From contig CAUJJI010000052.1 in NCBI GenBank assembly GCA_963205265.1, positions 1,266 through 65,265 of the forward strand: a stretch of 64,000 bases of DNA, read 5' to 3'. This DNA comes from Pseudomonadota bacterium (lineage in GTDB: Bacteria > Pseudomonadota > Alphaproteobacteria > Sphingomonadales > Sphingomonadaceae). A model generated the notes under the pieces. It searched no databases. It was not told the DNA's origin and saw nothing but the letters and a program-made list of their open reading frames with translations. Below are positions 16,944-24,655 of this stretch, in pieces. The position numbers were made by a program, and so were the translations under genes. How positions within the stretch are numbered: position 1 is the stretch's first letter; every line of letters begins with the position of its first letter.

Positions 16944-17815
16944 GCGGCGGTCGGTTCGGTGGTGATGCCGACCTTGGCCAGCACGCGCTGCAGCTGGCTC
17001 GGCGAGTGGTCAAACCACTGCGACCGGACGAACAGGCGATCGCCGCGACGCATGACGGCGAACTTCACCGCACGGCCTTTGACGTAGTCGAGATTGATCG
17101 GGCCGAACCGGTCGTCCTTGCGGATAAGCGCCTTCGCCTCGTCGTCCGTGAGCGGCGCCGGCGTGAAGTGCAGGAAGCCAAGCCCCTGCGACGAGGATTC
17201 GTCGTAGACCGCCTTGACCAGCGCCACCAGGTCAACACCAGTGACGTCGATTTCGCTGTCGTTCATGGATGGCCCCCAAGCGGCGAGGGCGTCGGCCGGC
17301 GGCAGCTCGACGATCAGCGTCTCGGCGATGCTGCGGTCGCGACCGATGGTCTTCGGCGCGTAGACGCTGAACGCGTCGCGGATGACGGCGAGCTCGGTAT
17401 CGCTGAAGGCGCTGAAGCGGCCCGCGGAGGGCGCGGCCTTGATGGCGAGGGCGGCGTGCAGAACGCCAAAGCGACGGTAGACGGCAGGCAGTCGCACCCC
17501 ATCGGACCAGTGCTCCGACAGCATCACGTCCTGCCACCGGAGATAGCTGGCCTTGCTCAGGTCCGGGTTGCGGCCACCAGCCGTCCACATGCGGGCTTCG
17601 CCGCCATGATTGGCAGCGTCCCGCACCGCGGCGTCGGTCATCACGAAGGTGTCGCGCTGCCGCTCCGGGCTAGGCTCGATGGCGCGCAGGAAGATCGCCT
17701 CGGCCTGATCGCTACTGGTCGCGGCGACCGCAGTGGTGGTGGCGCTGTACTCGCCGCCGATCAGCTTCTGGAACTGGAGGATCAGGTAGATCCTCGCCTC
17801 GCCCTTCTCGCCCAT
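16940..17815 (-). CDS. hypothetical protein, first gene of the leftward early operon (291 aa)
   Basis: Strong SD (GGGAGGGAGAG immediately before the ATG). It lies 55 nt downstream of the PL-like -10 element. Confidence 0.7.
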   Translation of the reverse strand: MGEKGEARIYLILQFQKLIGGEYSATTTAVAATSSDQAEAIFLRAIEPSPERQRDTFVMTDAAVRDAANHGGEARMWTAGGRNPDLSKASYLRWQDVMLSEHWSDGVRLPAVYRRFGVLHAALAIKAAPSAGRFSAFSDTELAVIRDAFSVYAPKTIGRDRSIAETLIVELPPADALAAWGPSMNDSEIDVTGVDLVALVKAVYDESSSQGLGFLHFTPAPLTDDEAKALIRKDDRFGPINLDYVKGRAVKFAVMRRGDRLFVRSQWFDHSPSQLQRVLAKVGITTEPTAA

Positions 17816-17870
17816 CTCTCCCTCCCAGCCCCACCGCGGGGCGCGGCCCTCGGTGAAAGCCAGTTGGGAT

Positions 17871-17926
17871 ATTACACATCATGTTTATCTTGAAGTCAAC
17901 AAGATGTGTAATTCGAAGGTGTAAAT
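17871..17926 (-). promoter_or_regulatory. PL-like sigma70 promoter with repressor operators
   Basis: The minus strand reads TTGACT (17899-17894) - 17 nt - TGTAAT (17876-17871). A perfect inverted repeat ATTACACATC (17871-17880) / GATGTGTAAT (17903-17912) overlaps -10 and -35. A third half-site GGTGTAAAT lies at 17918-17926. Confidence 0.65.
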
Positions 17927-17949
17927 TGGCCTGGGGATAACCCTAGTTC

Positions 17950-17973
17950 AATGAAGAGCCCGCCCCGGCGGGC
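17950..17973 (-). terminator. probable intrinsic terminator after the cargo cassette
   Basis: Minus strand GCCCGC-CGGG-GCGGGC hairpin followed by TCTTCATT, 8 nt after the stop of the 17982-18926 gene. Confidence 0.5.
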
Positions 17974-17981
17974 GCGGGGCG

Positions 17982-18926
17982 TCAGTCGCCGACCCAGGGG
18001 CGCGTGATCGCTTGCCGCAGGAAGGCGGACGAGCGCGTGTCGCTGTCGATGGTCGTTAGGAGAAGGCGTTCAAGTGCCCAGCAGTCGGCGAGCGCCGAGT
18101 GCGGTTGCGGCCGCTTGATACCGAAATGCTCGCAGAGCGCGTCCAGGGACTGGCGACCTCCCGTCCTCCAGCGAACCGACCGGATGGAGCATGCCCAGTT
18201 CATGCCGGAAATCTGCGGAGCCAGCCGAGCCAGCATCCGCCGATCGAACGCTGCGTTGTGGGCAATGACGACGTCAGCCTGCAGGAGGATTCGCGCGATG
18301 GCCTGCCAATCGAAGCGCTGGCCGCGAAGGTCTTCGATGCTCTTGCCGTGTACCTGCTGCGCCTTCGGATGGATCGGCACCCGCGGCTCTCGGTAGCCTT
18401 CGTAGGACAGATGGTGAGTGACTAGATGGCCGTTTTTCGTCCTAACCTCTATCAGGATGCCGCCGAAGCTGATTGGCTCGTCCTCCTCCGCCAGGCCGGT
18501 TGTCTCGGTATCGACTATCGCAACGAGCGTGTGATCGGGCTGGGCGTAGACCTTCCCGTGGCCGACCTTCAGTTCCGATGCCGTGAGATTGATCAGCAGC
18601 TCGGCTGCGTTGTCGAATCGTATCCCAGGCTTGTCCGCGAGCCACGCATCGAGGTCGTCGACGGCCTGCCGGCATTCGGCAAGGCGGTCCAACAAGGCCT
18701 GGCCTGTTGGACGCGGAGCGTGGATTAGGGCGTTTGCGCTATCGGTGCGTCGTTGCGCTTCGGCCAGCGTCTCCCGCCACTTCAGGAGGGCGGGACTCGG
18801 CGTCTCGGCCGCTGGCGTTGGTTCGACCTTTTCGGGCTCCGCCGCGCGTTGCTTCGACCGCGACCAAGTGCTGGCGACGACGTAGACGATGAAGCCGACG
18901 ACGAGCAGCGACAGCATGAAGTCCAT
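17982..18926 (-). CDS. membrane-anchored DEDDh (DnaQ/RNase T-like) 3'-5' exonuclease (314 aa)
   Basis: N-terminal TM helix MDFMLSLLVVGFIVYVVASTW followed by basic residues. Exo I VAIVDTETTGL, Exo II VIAHNAAFDRRML, Exo III HSALADCWAL. Confidence 0.8.
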   Translation of the reverse strand: MDFMLSLLVVGFIVYVVASTWSRSKQRAAEPEKVEPTPAAETPSPALLKWRETLAEAQRRTDSANALIHAPRPTGQALLDRLAECRQAVDDLDAWLADKPGIRFDNAAELLINLTASELKVGHGKVYAQPDHTLVAIVDTETTGLAEEDEPISFGGILIEVRTKNGHLVTHHLSYEGYREPRVPIHPKAQQVHGKSIEDLRGQRFDWQAIARILLQADVVIAHNAAFDRRMLARLAPQISGMNWACSIRSVRWRTGGRQSLDALCEHFGIKRPQPHSALADCWALERLLLTTIDSDTRSSAFLRQAITRPWVGD

Positions 18927-18976
18927 ACAAAGGCCAAGGCAGTGTCAGGGCGTCGACTCGGCTCCGAACATCCGCC

Positions 18977-20710
18977 TCACCAGTACCCCGTCATCGTGTA
19001 GTGCACCCCATCGCGCTCATCGATCACGTAGCCACCGATGTTCCCCGACCAGACGTAGCGCCCATAGAGACCGCACATCAGCCGCTTGAACGGCTCGGTC
19101 CTCACCAGATGCGGCGGAGCGACATAGCCGGGCGGCCCGATGATCGGCTGAGGCGGCGGAAGGTAAACGTCCCAGCAGACGCGCATCACGTCGGGTCGCT
19201 CGGCCATAGTGGTCAAGACAAGTTTGACCGTGTAGCCGTCACGGGACCAAGTCCCGACCGTAGTGTTGAGCGGCAATCGCCCGCTGGCGATGTTGACCCG
19301 TGAGCCCGCGTACGACTCCCCGTTGGCCTCCACGCCGGCGATGACGCCGTCGGCAATGATCGCTTTGACACGGGTGTCGTCGTAGATCCCGACCCCGAAG
19401 GCGCTCGGAAAGCCGTCGCCCAGGCGGTTGGCGCCCATCTCATAGCGCCCATAGCTACCGAGCAGGATACTGGCCTGGCCGTCAGCGGAGGCCAATGTGT
19501 GGGCGTGGGTGTAGGGGTTGCCGGACTTCGCCGGATCCTCGGAAATGCCCTGGTAGAGGACAGCCCCGATGAGGCCTGCGTCGACGGTGTCGTCAGTGAC
19601 TGCAGGCGGTTGCGGTGCGGGCGGCGTGGGGGTGGGATCCGGAGCAGGGGGCGGCTCTGGCGCCGGGCTCGGGGTGGGTGGCCGTGATGCCGTTGGCGCC
19701 CAATCCTTGCCATCCCACGTCCAGTAGACGGTCTTGGATGATGCGTTGTACCCGGTAAGGACGGTGAGCTTGGCAGCGGAGTCGTACCTCATGTCGCTAC
19801 CACTGTAGACCACGCACGGCGTCGGCGGCGTCCCGGGCCTGCCCTCGATGCATGGAGAATCGGAAAAGGGGAATGCGGTCCAGCGTTCGCCATCCCACTC
19901 CCAGGTGTCGAAAACGCTGACCCCGGATCCACCGGGAGATCCGCCGAATAGCACCAGGCGCTTTCTGTCGGTGTCGAACGACACCTTGTGATACCCGCGC
20001 TGCGGCGGAGGATTCGCGCCAGGCAAGCTGGTCCATCCGGAGCCGTCTAGTCGCCATAGGGCTATAGGGCCGTCTATGGAGGCGGACACGAGAAGCGGAA
20101 GGCCTTCCGGTGTCGATGTAAGGGCTGCCACCGGGAGGGTTGGGGGCACAATCGCCGTTCTTGCATTGGTCCATACCCCGGCCTCCCGTACCCAAGTCGC
20201 CTTGATCCCAATTCTTTCGCGTCCAAACGAAGTCACGCCACCGATCACGACAGTGCGTTGCCGCACCGAATCTGTGACCCAAGTGCTACCTCCCTCGATG
20301 AAGTCTGGCACGTTGGGCGTGCTGCAGAAGACACGAGTCGCGCCGCCGCTGGCAAACGTGACACGGAAGTTCACGTTGTTCGCGTCCTGCACGCGGATGT
20401 TGTCCAGGGTCTGCGGTTCTCGACCCGTAACCGCCACGACACCGCATGACTGTTCGGACCACGTGAAGTTCCCGACGGCTGATGATCTGCCGGTGCCGTC
20501 CTTGAACGCCACGAAGTCGTAGGAGGTACCGGAACTGTTCTGGCAGCGCCAGACGCTCTCGGCGGCTGCGAGCGAGGTGCCGTTGAGCAGCGACTGAACC
20601 GGCGACCCGCAGGCCTGCGGATTCGCCGACACCGCCGAATCCGATCCTCCGCCACCTCCGCACCCGGCCAACAGCACCACCGCAACCGCGATCCCCGTCG
20701 TTCTCATCAT
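18977..20710 (-). CDS. lipoprotein with Kelch-like repeat region and Pro-rich linker (577 aa)
   Basis: Start taken at ATG 20710 with GGGAGGGG SD. Signal plus lipobox MMRTTGIAVAVVLLAGC. Kelch-like RGYHKVSFDTDRKRLVLFGGSPGG...FDTWEWDGERWTAF. Linker PTPSPAPEPPPAPDPTPTPPAPQPP. The upstream 72 codons of the track ORF were rejected. Confidence 0.75.
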   Translation of the reverse strand: MMRTTGIAVAVVLLAGCGGGGGSDSAVSANPQACGSPVQSLLNGTSLAAAESVWRCQNSSGTSYDFVAFKDGTGRSSAVGNFTWSEQSCGVVAVTGREPQTLDNIRVQDANNVNFRVTFASGGATRVFCSTPNVPDFIEGGSTWVTDSVRQRTVVIGGVTSFGRERIGIKATWVREAGVWTNARTAIVPPTLPVAALTSTPEGLPLLVSASIDGPIALWRLDGSGWTSLPGANPPPQRGYHKVSFDTDRKRLVLFGGSPGGSGVSVFDTWEWDGERWTAFPFSDSPCIEGRPGTPPTPCVVYSGSDMRYDSAAKLTVLTGYNASSKTVYWTWDGKDWAPTASRPPTPSPAPEPPPAPDPTPTPPAPQPPAVTDDTVDAGLIGAVLYQGISEDPAKSGNPYTHAHTLASADGQASILLGSYGRYEMGANRLGDGFPSAFGVGIYDDTRVKAIIADGVIAGVEANGESYAGSRVNIASGRLPLNTTVGTWSRDGYTVKLVLTTMAERPDVMRVCWDVYLPPPQPIIGPPGYVAPPHLVRTEPFKRLMCGLYGRYVWSGNIGGYVIDERDGVHYTMTGYW

Positions 20711-20775
20711 CCCCTCCCTGGCTGTGCAGGGATCGTAGCCCGGCGGGCGAGGGCGGGGTATCGGGGTTGGCCCGG

Positions 20776-21162
20776 TCAGCTGGTGGCGGGTGGAGTTGAC
20801 TGCCTCGGCGCTTCGGCAGGCGTAGTGGCCGCGGCTGGCGGTGCCACGGTCGTAGTCTGAGCAAGCCTCTGCCAGCCCTGATAGGCGAGTGCGGCCGTTG
20901 CGACGATGGCCAGCGTTGCAATCCACTTGTAAATCTCGGCATTTGCCGACTTTACGTCTGCGCGGATCGAGGCCACGTCGAGCTTGGAGTCAAGCTTGTC
21001 GACCACGGTCTTGACGTCGCCGACCTTGGTGCGTAGATCCTTGATGTCAGCGTCGACCGCCGACAGACGTTCCTCGACCCTCGTAAAGCGGTCTTCCATG
21101 CGGTCGCCTCGGGCATCGAGCCGGATGATGGCTTTTTCGAGTTCTGTCAGGCGCGTTTCCAT
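20776..21162 (-). CDS. coiled-coil protein with C-terminal TM helix and Pro/Thr/Ala tail (128 aa)
   Basis: Start taken at ATG 21162 with GGAGGAGG SD. METRLTELEKAIIRLDARGDRMEDRF...IYKWIATLAIVATAALAYQGW...TTVAPPAAATTPAEAP. Confidence 0.65.
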   Translation of the reverse strand: METRLTELEKAIIRLDARGDRMEDRFTRVEERLSAVDADIKDLRTKVGDVKTVVDKLDSKLDVASIRADVKSANAEIYKWIATLAIVATAALAYQGWQRLAQTTTVAPPAAATTPAEAPRQSTPPATS

Positions 21163-21262
21163 GCCGCCATCATCACCTCCTCCACCGTGTCGGTCAACTC
21201 GTCGTTCGGGCGTACGCGGTTGCTCAAGGCGCGCCAGTCGTGGATACAACTCCGTCACCGAG

Positions 21263-21616
21263 TTAGTCACGTATCGGCGCCTCCCCGTCGGGTTGCTCTG
21301 CGCTCGCCAAGACGAGCGCGATCTGATGAAGCCGGTCGGCCGCTTTAGCGAACAGCCCATGAGATTCGGCCATGGCATCGGCGGCACTGCGTAACTCTCC
21401 GACCGGATTATCGGCACTCGCGCCGACTCCCTTGATGCTCTCAGCCAGAGCGATCTGCGATGCCAGGATCGACACGCCTACGCCCTGGAGGCTTGTCAAG
21501 ACTTCAGTGATCATCTGAATGATGGCCACCTGAACGGTGCTCGAATACGGCGCTTCTTTCGCCGCCGATCTTGCGATCTTGAGTACACGCTCGAAGTCTG
21601 CATCGCTGATGGCCAT
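21263..21616 (-). CDS. small helical hypothetical protein (117 aa)
   Basis: Start taken at ATG 21616 (MAISDADFERVLKIARSAAKE). It lies 88 nt downstream of the repressor gene on the same strand. Confidence 0.55.
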   Translation of the reverse strand: MAISDADFERVLKIARSAAKEAPYSSTVQVAIIQMITEVLTSLQGVGVSILASQIALAESIKGVGASADNPVGELRSAADAMAESHGLFAKAADRLHQIALVLASAEQPDGEAPIRD

Positions 21617-21704
21617 TACCTCTCCTAGAACCCTGTCCCCGGCGCCCACCCGTCACACAATCCTGCAACTGTCACAGAGGTTGTCGCGGGCCTGGTTGCG
21701 CCCG

Positions 21705-22418
21705 TCACCGCGGATAGATCGCCGCGACTTTGTGGATTGATTCGATCTTGTCCAGCGACTCGGTCAGCCCCGGGTACCCGGGGTTCAGTGACCCGAAAGC
21801 GGCCTCGCCGTCGCGGATGTAGAGCAGCTTTTTCAGGGCCTTGCGCTGATCTTTCAGGCGGACGACGACGGTGTCTCCGGGCTGCGCCTCGACGCCGGGC
21901 ACGACGAGGATGCGATCGCCCGAGCTGAACTTCGGGGCCATCGAGTCACCCCGCACCCGCCGCGCGTAGGCGCTCTTGTCCCTGGATGCATTCGGCACCC
22001 GCCCGTCGCCGTGACCGGGCGGGTATCCGTACTCATCGAAGAACCCGTCTGGCCCGCCCAGCACGTCCCCAACGACAGGCGACCACCCGCCATCGGGTGG
22101 CGCTTCCGCGTCCTCCAGTTCGTCGTCGATCTTCGGCCGGCCCGAGCCTCCTGTCCCCTCGGGTTTCCCCTCTGGGTGGGTTTTCACGGGGGAGGAAGCG
22201 GTCTTGGTCAGGTCTTCGGGTAGTGGCTGTCGACCCGTCAACTGGTCAATGGTGATACCGAGCGCGTCCGCGATCTTTCCGTGACGCCACGTTGGTAGGT
22301 CGCGACTTTTCCAGTTTGTGACATCGGACGACGACGCGCCGACCTTCTCGGCGAGCTGGGTCTGATTCCAGCCGCGAGCCCTCATCACGAACAGAGCGAT
22401 GTCGACAGGTCGATCCAT
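21705..22418 (-). CDS. cI: CI-type phage repressor (N-terminal XRE HTH plus C-terminal S24/LexA-like peptidase)
   Basis: WNQTQLAEKVGASSSDVTNWKSRD helix-turn-helix. RRVRGDSMAPKFSSGDRILV with downstream K (RKALKKL) matches the S24 Ser/Lys dyad region. Divergent from the Cro-like gene. Confidence 0.9.
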   Translation of the reverse strand: MDRPVDIALFVMRARGWNQTQLAEKVGASSSDVTNWKSRDLPTWRHGKIADALGITIDQLTGRQPLPEDLTKTASSPVKTHPEGKPEGTGGSGRPKIDDELEDAEAPPDGGWSPVVGDVLGGPDGFFDEYGYPPGHGDGRVPNASRDKSAYARRVRGDSMAPKFSSGDRILVVPGVEAQPGDTVVVRLKDQRKALKKLLYIRDGEAAFGSLNPGYPGLTESLDKIESIHKVAAIYPR

Positions 22419-22451
22419 CTAGCGAGCATAAACAGAATGTGAGTCCCTCTG

Positions 22452-22480
22452 TTACACGCTGTGTTGACTTTGATCTAAAC
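22452..22480 (+). promoter_or_regulatory. left half of a split PR-like promoter (operator half-site plus -35)
   Basis: TTACACGCTGTG-TTGACT(22464-22469)-TTGATCTAAAC parallels the PL architecture. It is interrupted by the IS insertion. Confidence 0.55.
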
Positions 22481-22554
22481 CCCCTCTGTCAAGATAGTTG
22501 GCATGTCGACCGATGCCAGAATTCTTGAATCGAGGGGCAGTTAGGAAAGTCAGG

Positions 22555-23046
22555 ATGTCGAGGTATACGAAAGAGAAGAAGGAGCACGCGCTGGGGCTGA
22601 TGAGCCCACCGCAGAACCTGCCGACAGCGGAGGTGTCCAGGCGCACGGGGATCAGCGAGCCGACGCTGTACGGCTGGCGCAACCAGGCCCGGGCAACGGG
22701 GCGAGCGGTGCCGGGAGACGGCAGCAATGCCGAGGATTGGAGTGCGCAGGACAAGTTCGCGGTAGTGGTCGAGACGATGGGGCTGGCCGAAGCAGAACTG
22801 GCCGAGTACTGCCGGCGCAAAGGCCTGTACGTCGAGCAGATCGAGCGCTGGCGCGAGGCTTGCCTGCAGGCTAACGCCGGTGGCACCGAGCGAGTCAGCG
22901 CGACGGCGCTGGCCGAGGAGCGACGGCGCAGCCGAGGGCTGGAGAAGGAACTGCGACGCAAGGAGAAGGCGCTGGCGGAGACGGCGGCGCTGCTGGTGCT
23001 CAGCCGAAAGCTCGAGGCGTTGTGGAACAAAGGCGAGGACGCATGA
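22555..23046 (+). CDS. IS3-family transposase OrfA (HTH)
   Basis: Start taken at ATG 22555 (MSRYTKEKKEHALGLM...EVSRRTGISEPTLYGWRNQ), followed by a leucine-zipper-like C-terminus. Confidence 0.85.
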   Translation: MSRYTKEKKEHALGLMSPPQNLPTAEVSRRTGISEPTLYGWRNQARATGRAVPGDGSNAEDWSAQDKFAVVVETMGLAEAELAEYCRRKGLYVEQIERWREACLQANAGGTERVSATALAEERRRSRGLEKELRRKEKALAETAALLVLSRKLEALWNKGEDA

Positions 23047-24086
23047 CAGCGTTGCCGCAACGCCAGGAACTCGTCGCGCTGGTGCGGGCGGCGCAGGCCA
23101 GTGGCGCCCGGCTGAAGCCGGCCTGTGAGGAACTGGGTATCTCGCTGCGCACCTGGCAGCGCTGGAGCGACGGCGAGCAAGTGCCCGCCGATGGCCGGCC
23201 GCAGGCAAAGCGGCCGGTGCCGGCCAACAAGCTCAGTGCCCAGGAGCAACGCGCGGTGCTGGACACCTGCCTGCAGCCGCGCTTCGCGGACATGCCGCCG
23301 ACGCAGATCGTGCCGATTCTGGCTGATGAAGGCTGCTACCTGGCCAGCGAATCGACCTTCTACCGACTGCTGCACGCTCACGATGCGCAACAGCACCGGG
23401 GTCGGCAACGACAGCGCTGCCGCAAGCCGGCGCCGATGCACGTCGCTCGCCGGCCCAATGAAATTTGGTGTTGGGATGTCACGTACCTGCCCAGCCAAGT
23501 GAGGGGCCTGTTCTTTTATCTGTACGCCGTCATCGACCTGTACAGCCGAAAGATCGTCGCCTGGGAGGTGCACGCCGCCGAGAACGGTGAGCTGGCCGCC
23601 GAACTGATCGAACGGGCCCGCTGGCGCGAGCATCTGCGAGGCAAGCCCGTGATCCTGCACGCCGACAACGGCGCGCCTCAGCGTTCGCTGACCTTGCGCG
23701 CGAAGCTGCGGGAACTGGGCATCGAGCCCAGCTACAGCCGGCCCGGCGTCAGCGACGACAACGCCTTCATCGAGTCCTGGTTCCGTACGCTGAAGTACAT
23801 GCCGGCCTGGCCCAGCGTCGGCTTCACCGATCTTGATCAGGCTCGCGCCTGGGCGCTGAAGTTCATCGACTGGTACAACGGCTCGCATCGCCATCGCGGG
23901 ATCGGCTTCGTCACCCCGAAACAGCGTCACAACGGCCAGAGCAAGGCCATCCTCGCTCGTCGTCGCGACGTCTACGAAGCTGCCAGGCGCGCTCATCCCG
24001 AGCGCTGGAAGCGCGACATCCGGCGATGGTCCGAGCCCGATCATGTCTGTCTCAACAAGCGTGAACAGGAGAGGCGTTCCGCATAG
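23043..24086 (+). CDS. IS3-family transposase OrfB (DDE/rve integrase core)
   Basis: ATGA overlap with the orfA stop, in the -1 frame. DDE context WCWDVTYL, LHADNGAPQ, SDDNAFIESWFRTLK. Confidence 0.9.
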   Translation: MTALPQRQELVALVRAAQASGARLKPACEELGISLRTWQRWSDGEQVPADGRPQAKRPVPANKLSAQEQRAVLDTCLQPRFADMPPTQIVPILADEGCYLASESTFYRLLHAHDAQQHRGRQRQRCRKPAPMHVARRPNEIWCWDVTYLPSQVRGLFFYLYAVIDLYSRKIVAWEVHAAENGELAAELIERARWREHLRGKPVILHADNGAPQRSLTLRAKLRELGIEPSYSRPGVSDDNAFIESWFRTLKYMPAWPSVGFTDLDQARAWALKFIDWYNGSHRHRGIGFVTPKQRHNGQSKAILARRRDVYEAARRAHPERWKRDIRRWSEPDHVCLNKREQERRSA

Positions 24087-24129
24087 ATCCCTTCTTGCTC
24101 GACACGCCATCTATCTTGACAAACACCGC

Positions 24130-24145
24130 AAACATCGTGTGTAAT
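24130..24145 (+). promoter_or_regulatory. right half of the split PR-like promoter (operator half-site plus -10)
   Basis: AAACATCG-TGTGTAAT. The -10 TGTAAT (24140-24145) ends 6 nt before the cro ATG (24152). Confidence 0.5.
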
Positions 24146-24151
24146 GTATGA

Positions 24152-24454
24152 ATGGCCGACGCTGATCAAATACACCGTCTCGAGACGCCACAAGGCATGG
24201 CCGTCGATGCCGCAGGCGGTCCGGCGGCCGTCGCAAGCACGATAACGCGACTCACCGGGCGCGATATCTCGATCCAGCGACTTTGCAACTGGATGACGCG
24301 GGGCGTACCGGTGGAGTTCTGTCGGCCGTTCGTAGAAGCGGTCGATGGGCTGGTCTCGGTTGCCGACCTCCGTCCCCATGACTGGGATCTGATCTGGCCC
24401 GAGCTAGTCGACGTCGACCACCCCGCTCCCAACCCCGAGCGAAGCGAGGCATAG
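24152..24454 (+). CDS. cro: Cro/YdaS-like DNA-binding protein (100 aa)
   Basis: Divergent from cI. AVASTITRLTGRDISIQRLCNWMTRGVPVEFCRPFVEAVDGLVSVADLRPHDW resembles YdaS/Cro-family proteins. Confidence 0.7.
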   Translation: MADADQIHRLETPQGMAVDAAGGPAAVASTITRLTGRDISIQRLCNWMTRGVPVEFCRPFVEAVDGLVSVADLRPHDWDLIWPELVDVDHPAPNPERSEA

Positions 24455-24655
24455 ATGACCCCTGACAAGCGCCCTTGGCTCGTCGGCGAGGCTGGCCCGG
24501 AGGTGGTGCGCGCCGCCCCGGCGCAACGCAGGAAGGGCAGGGCTGCGCTGACCGAAGCCGACGTGAGGCGGATCGCGCGGGAAGAGGCGGAGGCTGTTCA
24601 GGCCGAGCACGCCTCGGTACGGCAGGCTATGCGCGAGTCCCGTCGCCGCTCTCTC
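24455..24655 (+). pseudogene. possible 5' remnant of a gene interrupted by the tnpB-containing block
   Basis: The ATG abuts the cro stop. High GC3 for ~66 codons (MTPDKRPWLVGEAGPEVVRAAPAQRRKGRAALTEADVRRIAREEAEAVQAEHASVRQAMRESRRRSL), then the coding signal collapses. The same reading frame resumes at ~26705. Confidence 0.3.

Larger units (their letters stand above)
22487..24121 (+). mobile_element. IS3-family insertion sequence (1635 bp between inverted repeats)
   Basis: IRL TGTCAAGATAGTTGGCATGTCGAC (from 22487); IRR reverse complement TGTCAAGATAGATGGCGTGTCGAG (ending 24121). TG...CA termini. orfA plus orfB are in the -1 frame arrangement. AAAC occurs on both sides (22477-22480 and 24130-24133), but 6 and 8 unassigned nt lie between it and the IRs. 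Confidence 0.85.

Noticed and set aside
22452-24110. 552-aa ORF on the minus strand spanning the whole IS element
   Set aside because: It is antisense to two clearly recognisable IS3 transposase ORFs. The composition is Ala/Arg/Pro/Leu-rich, typical of spurious open frames in GC-rich DNA.
24470-24512. GEAGPE motif (PWLVGEAGPEVV) in the ORF after cro, identical to the tape-measure motif LMGEAGPEAIMPL
   Set aside because: It is a six-residue match only, and the nucleotide sequences differ. That is insufficient to claim a tape-measure fragment or recombination scar.
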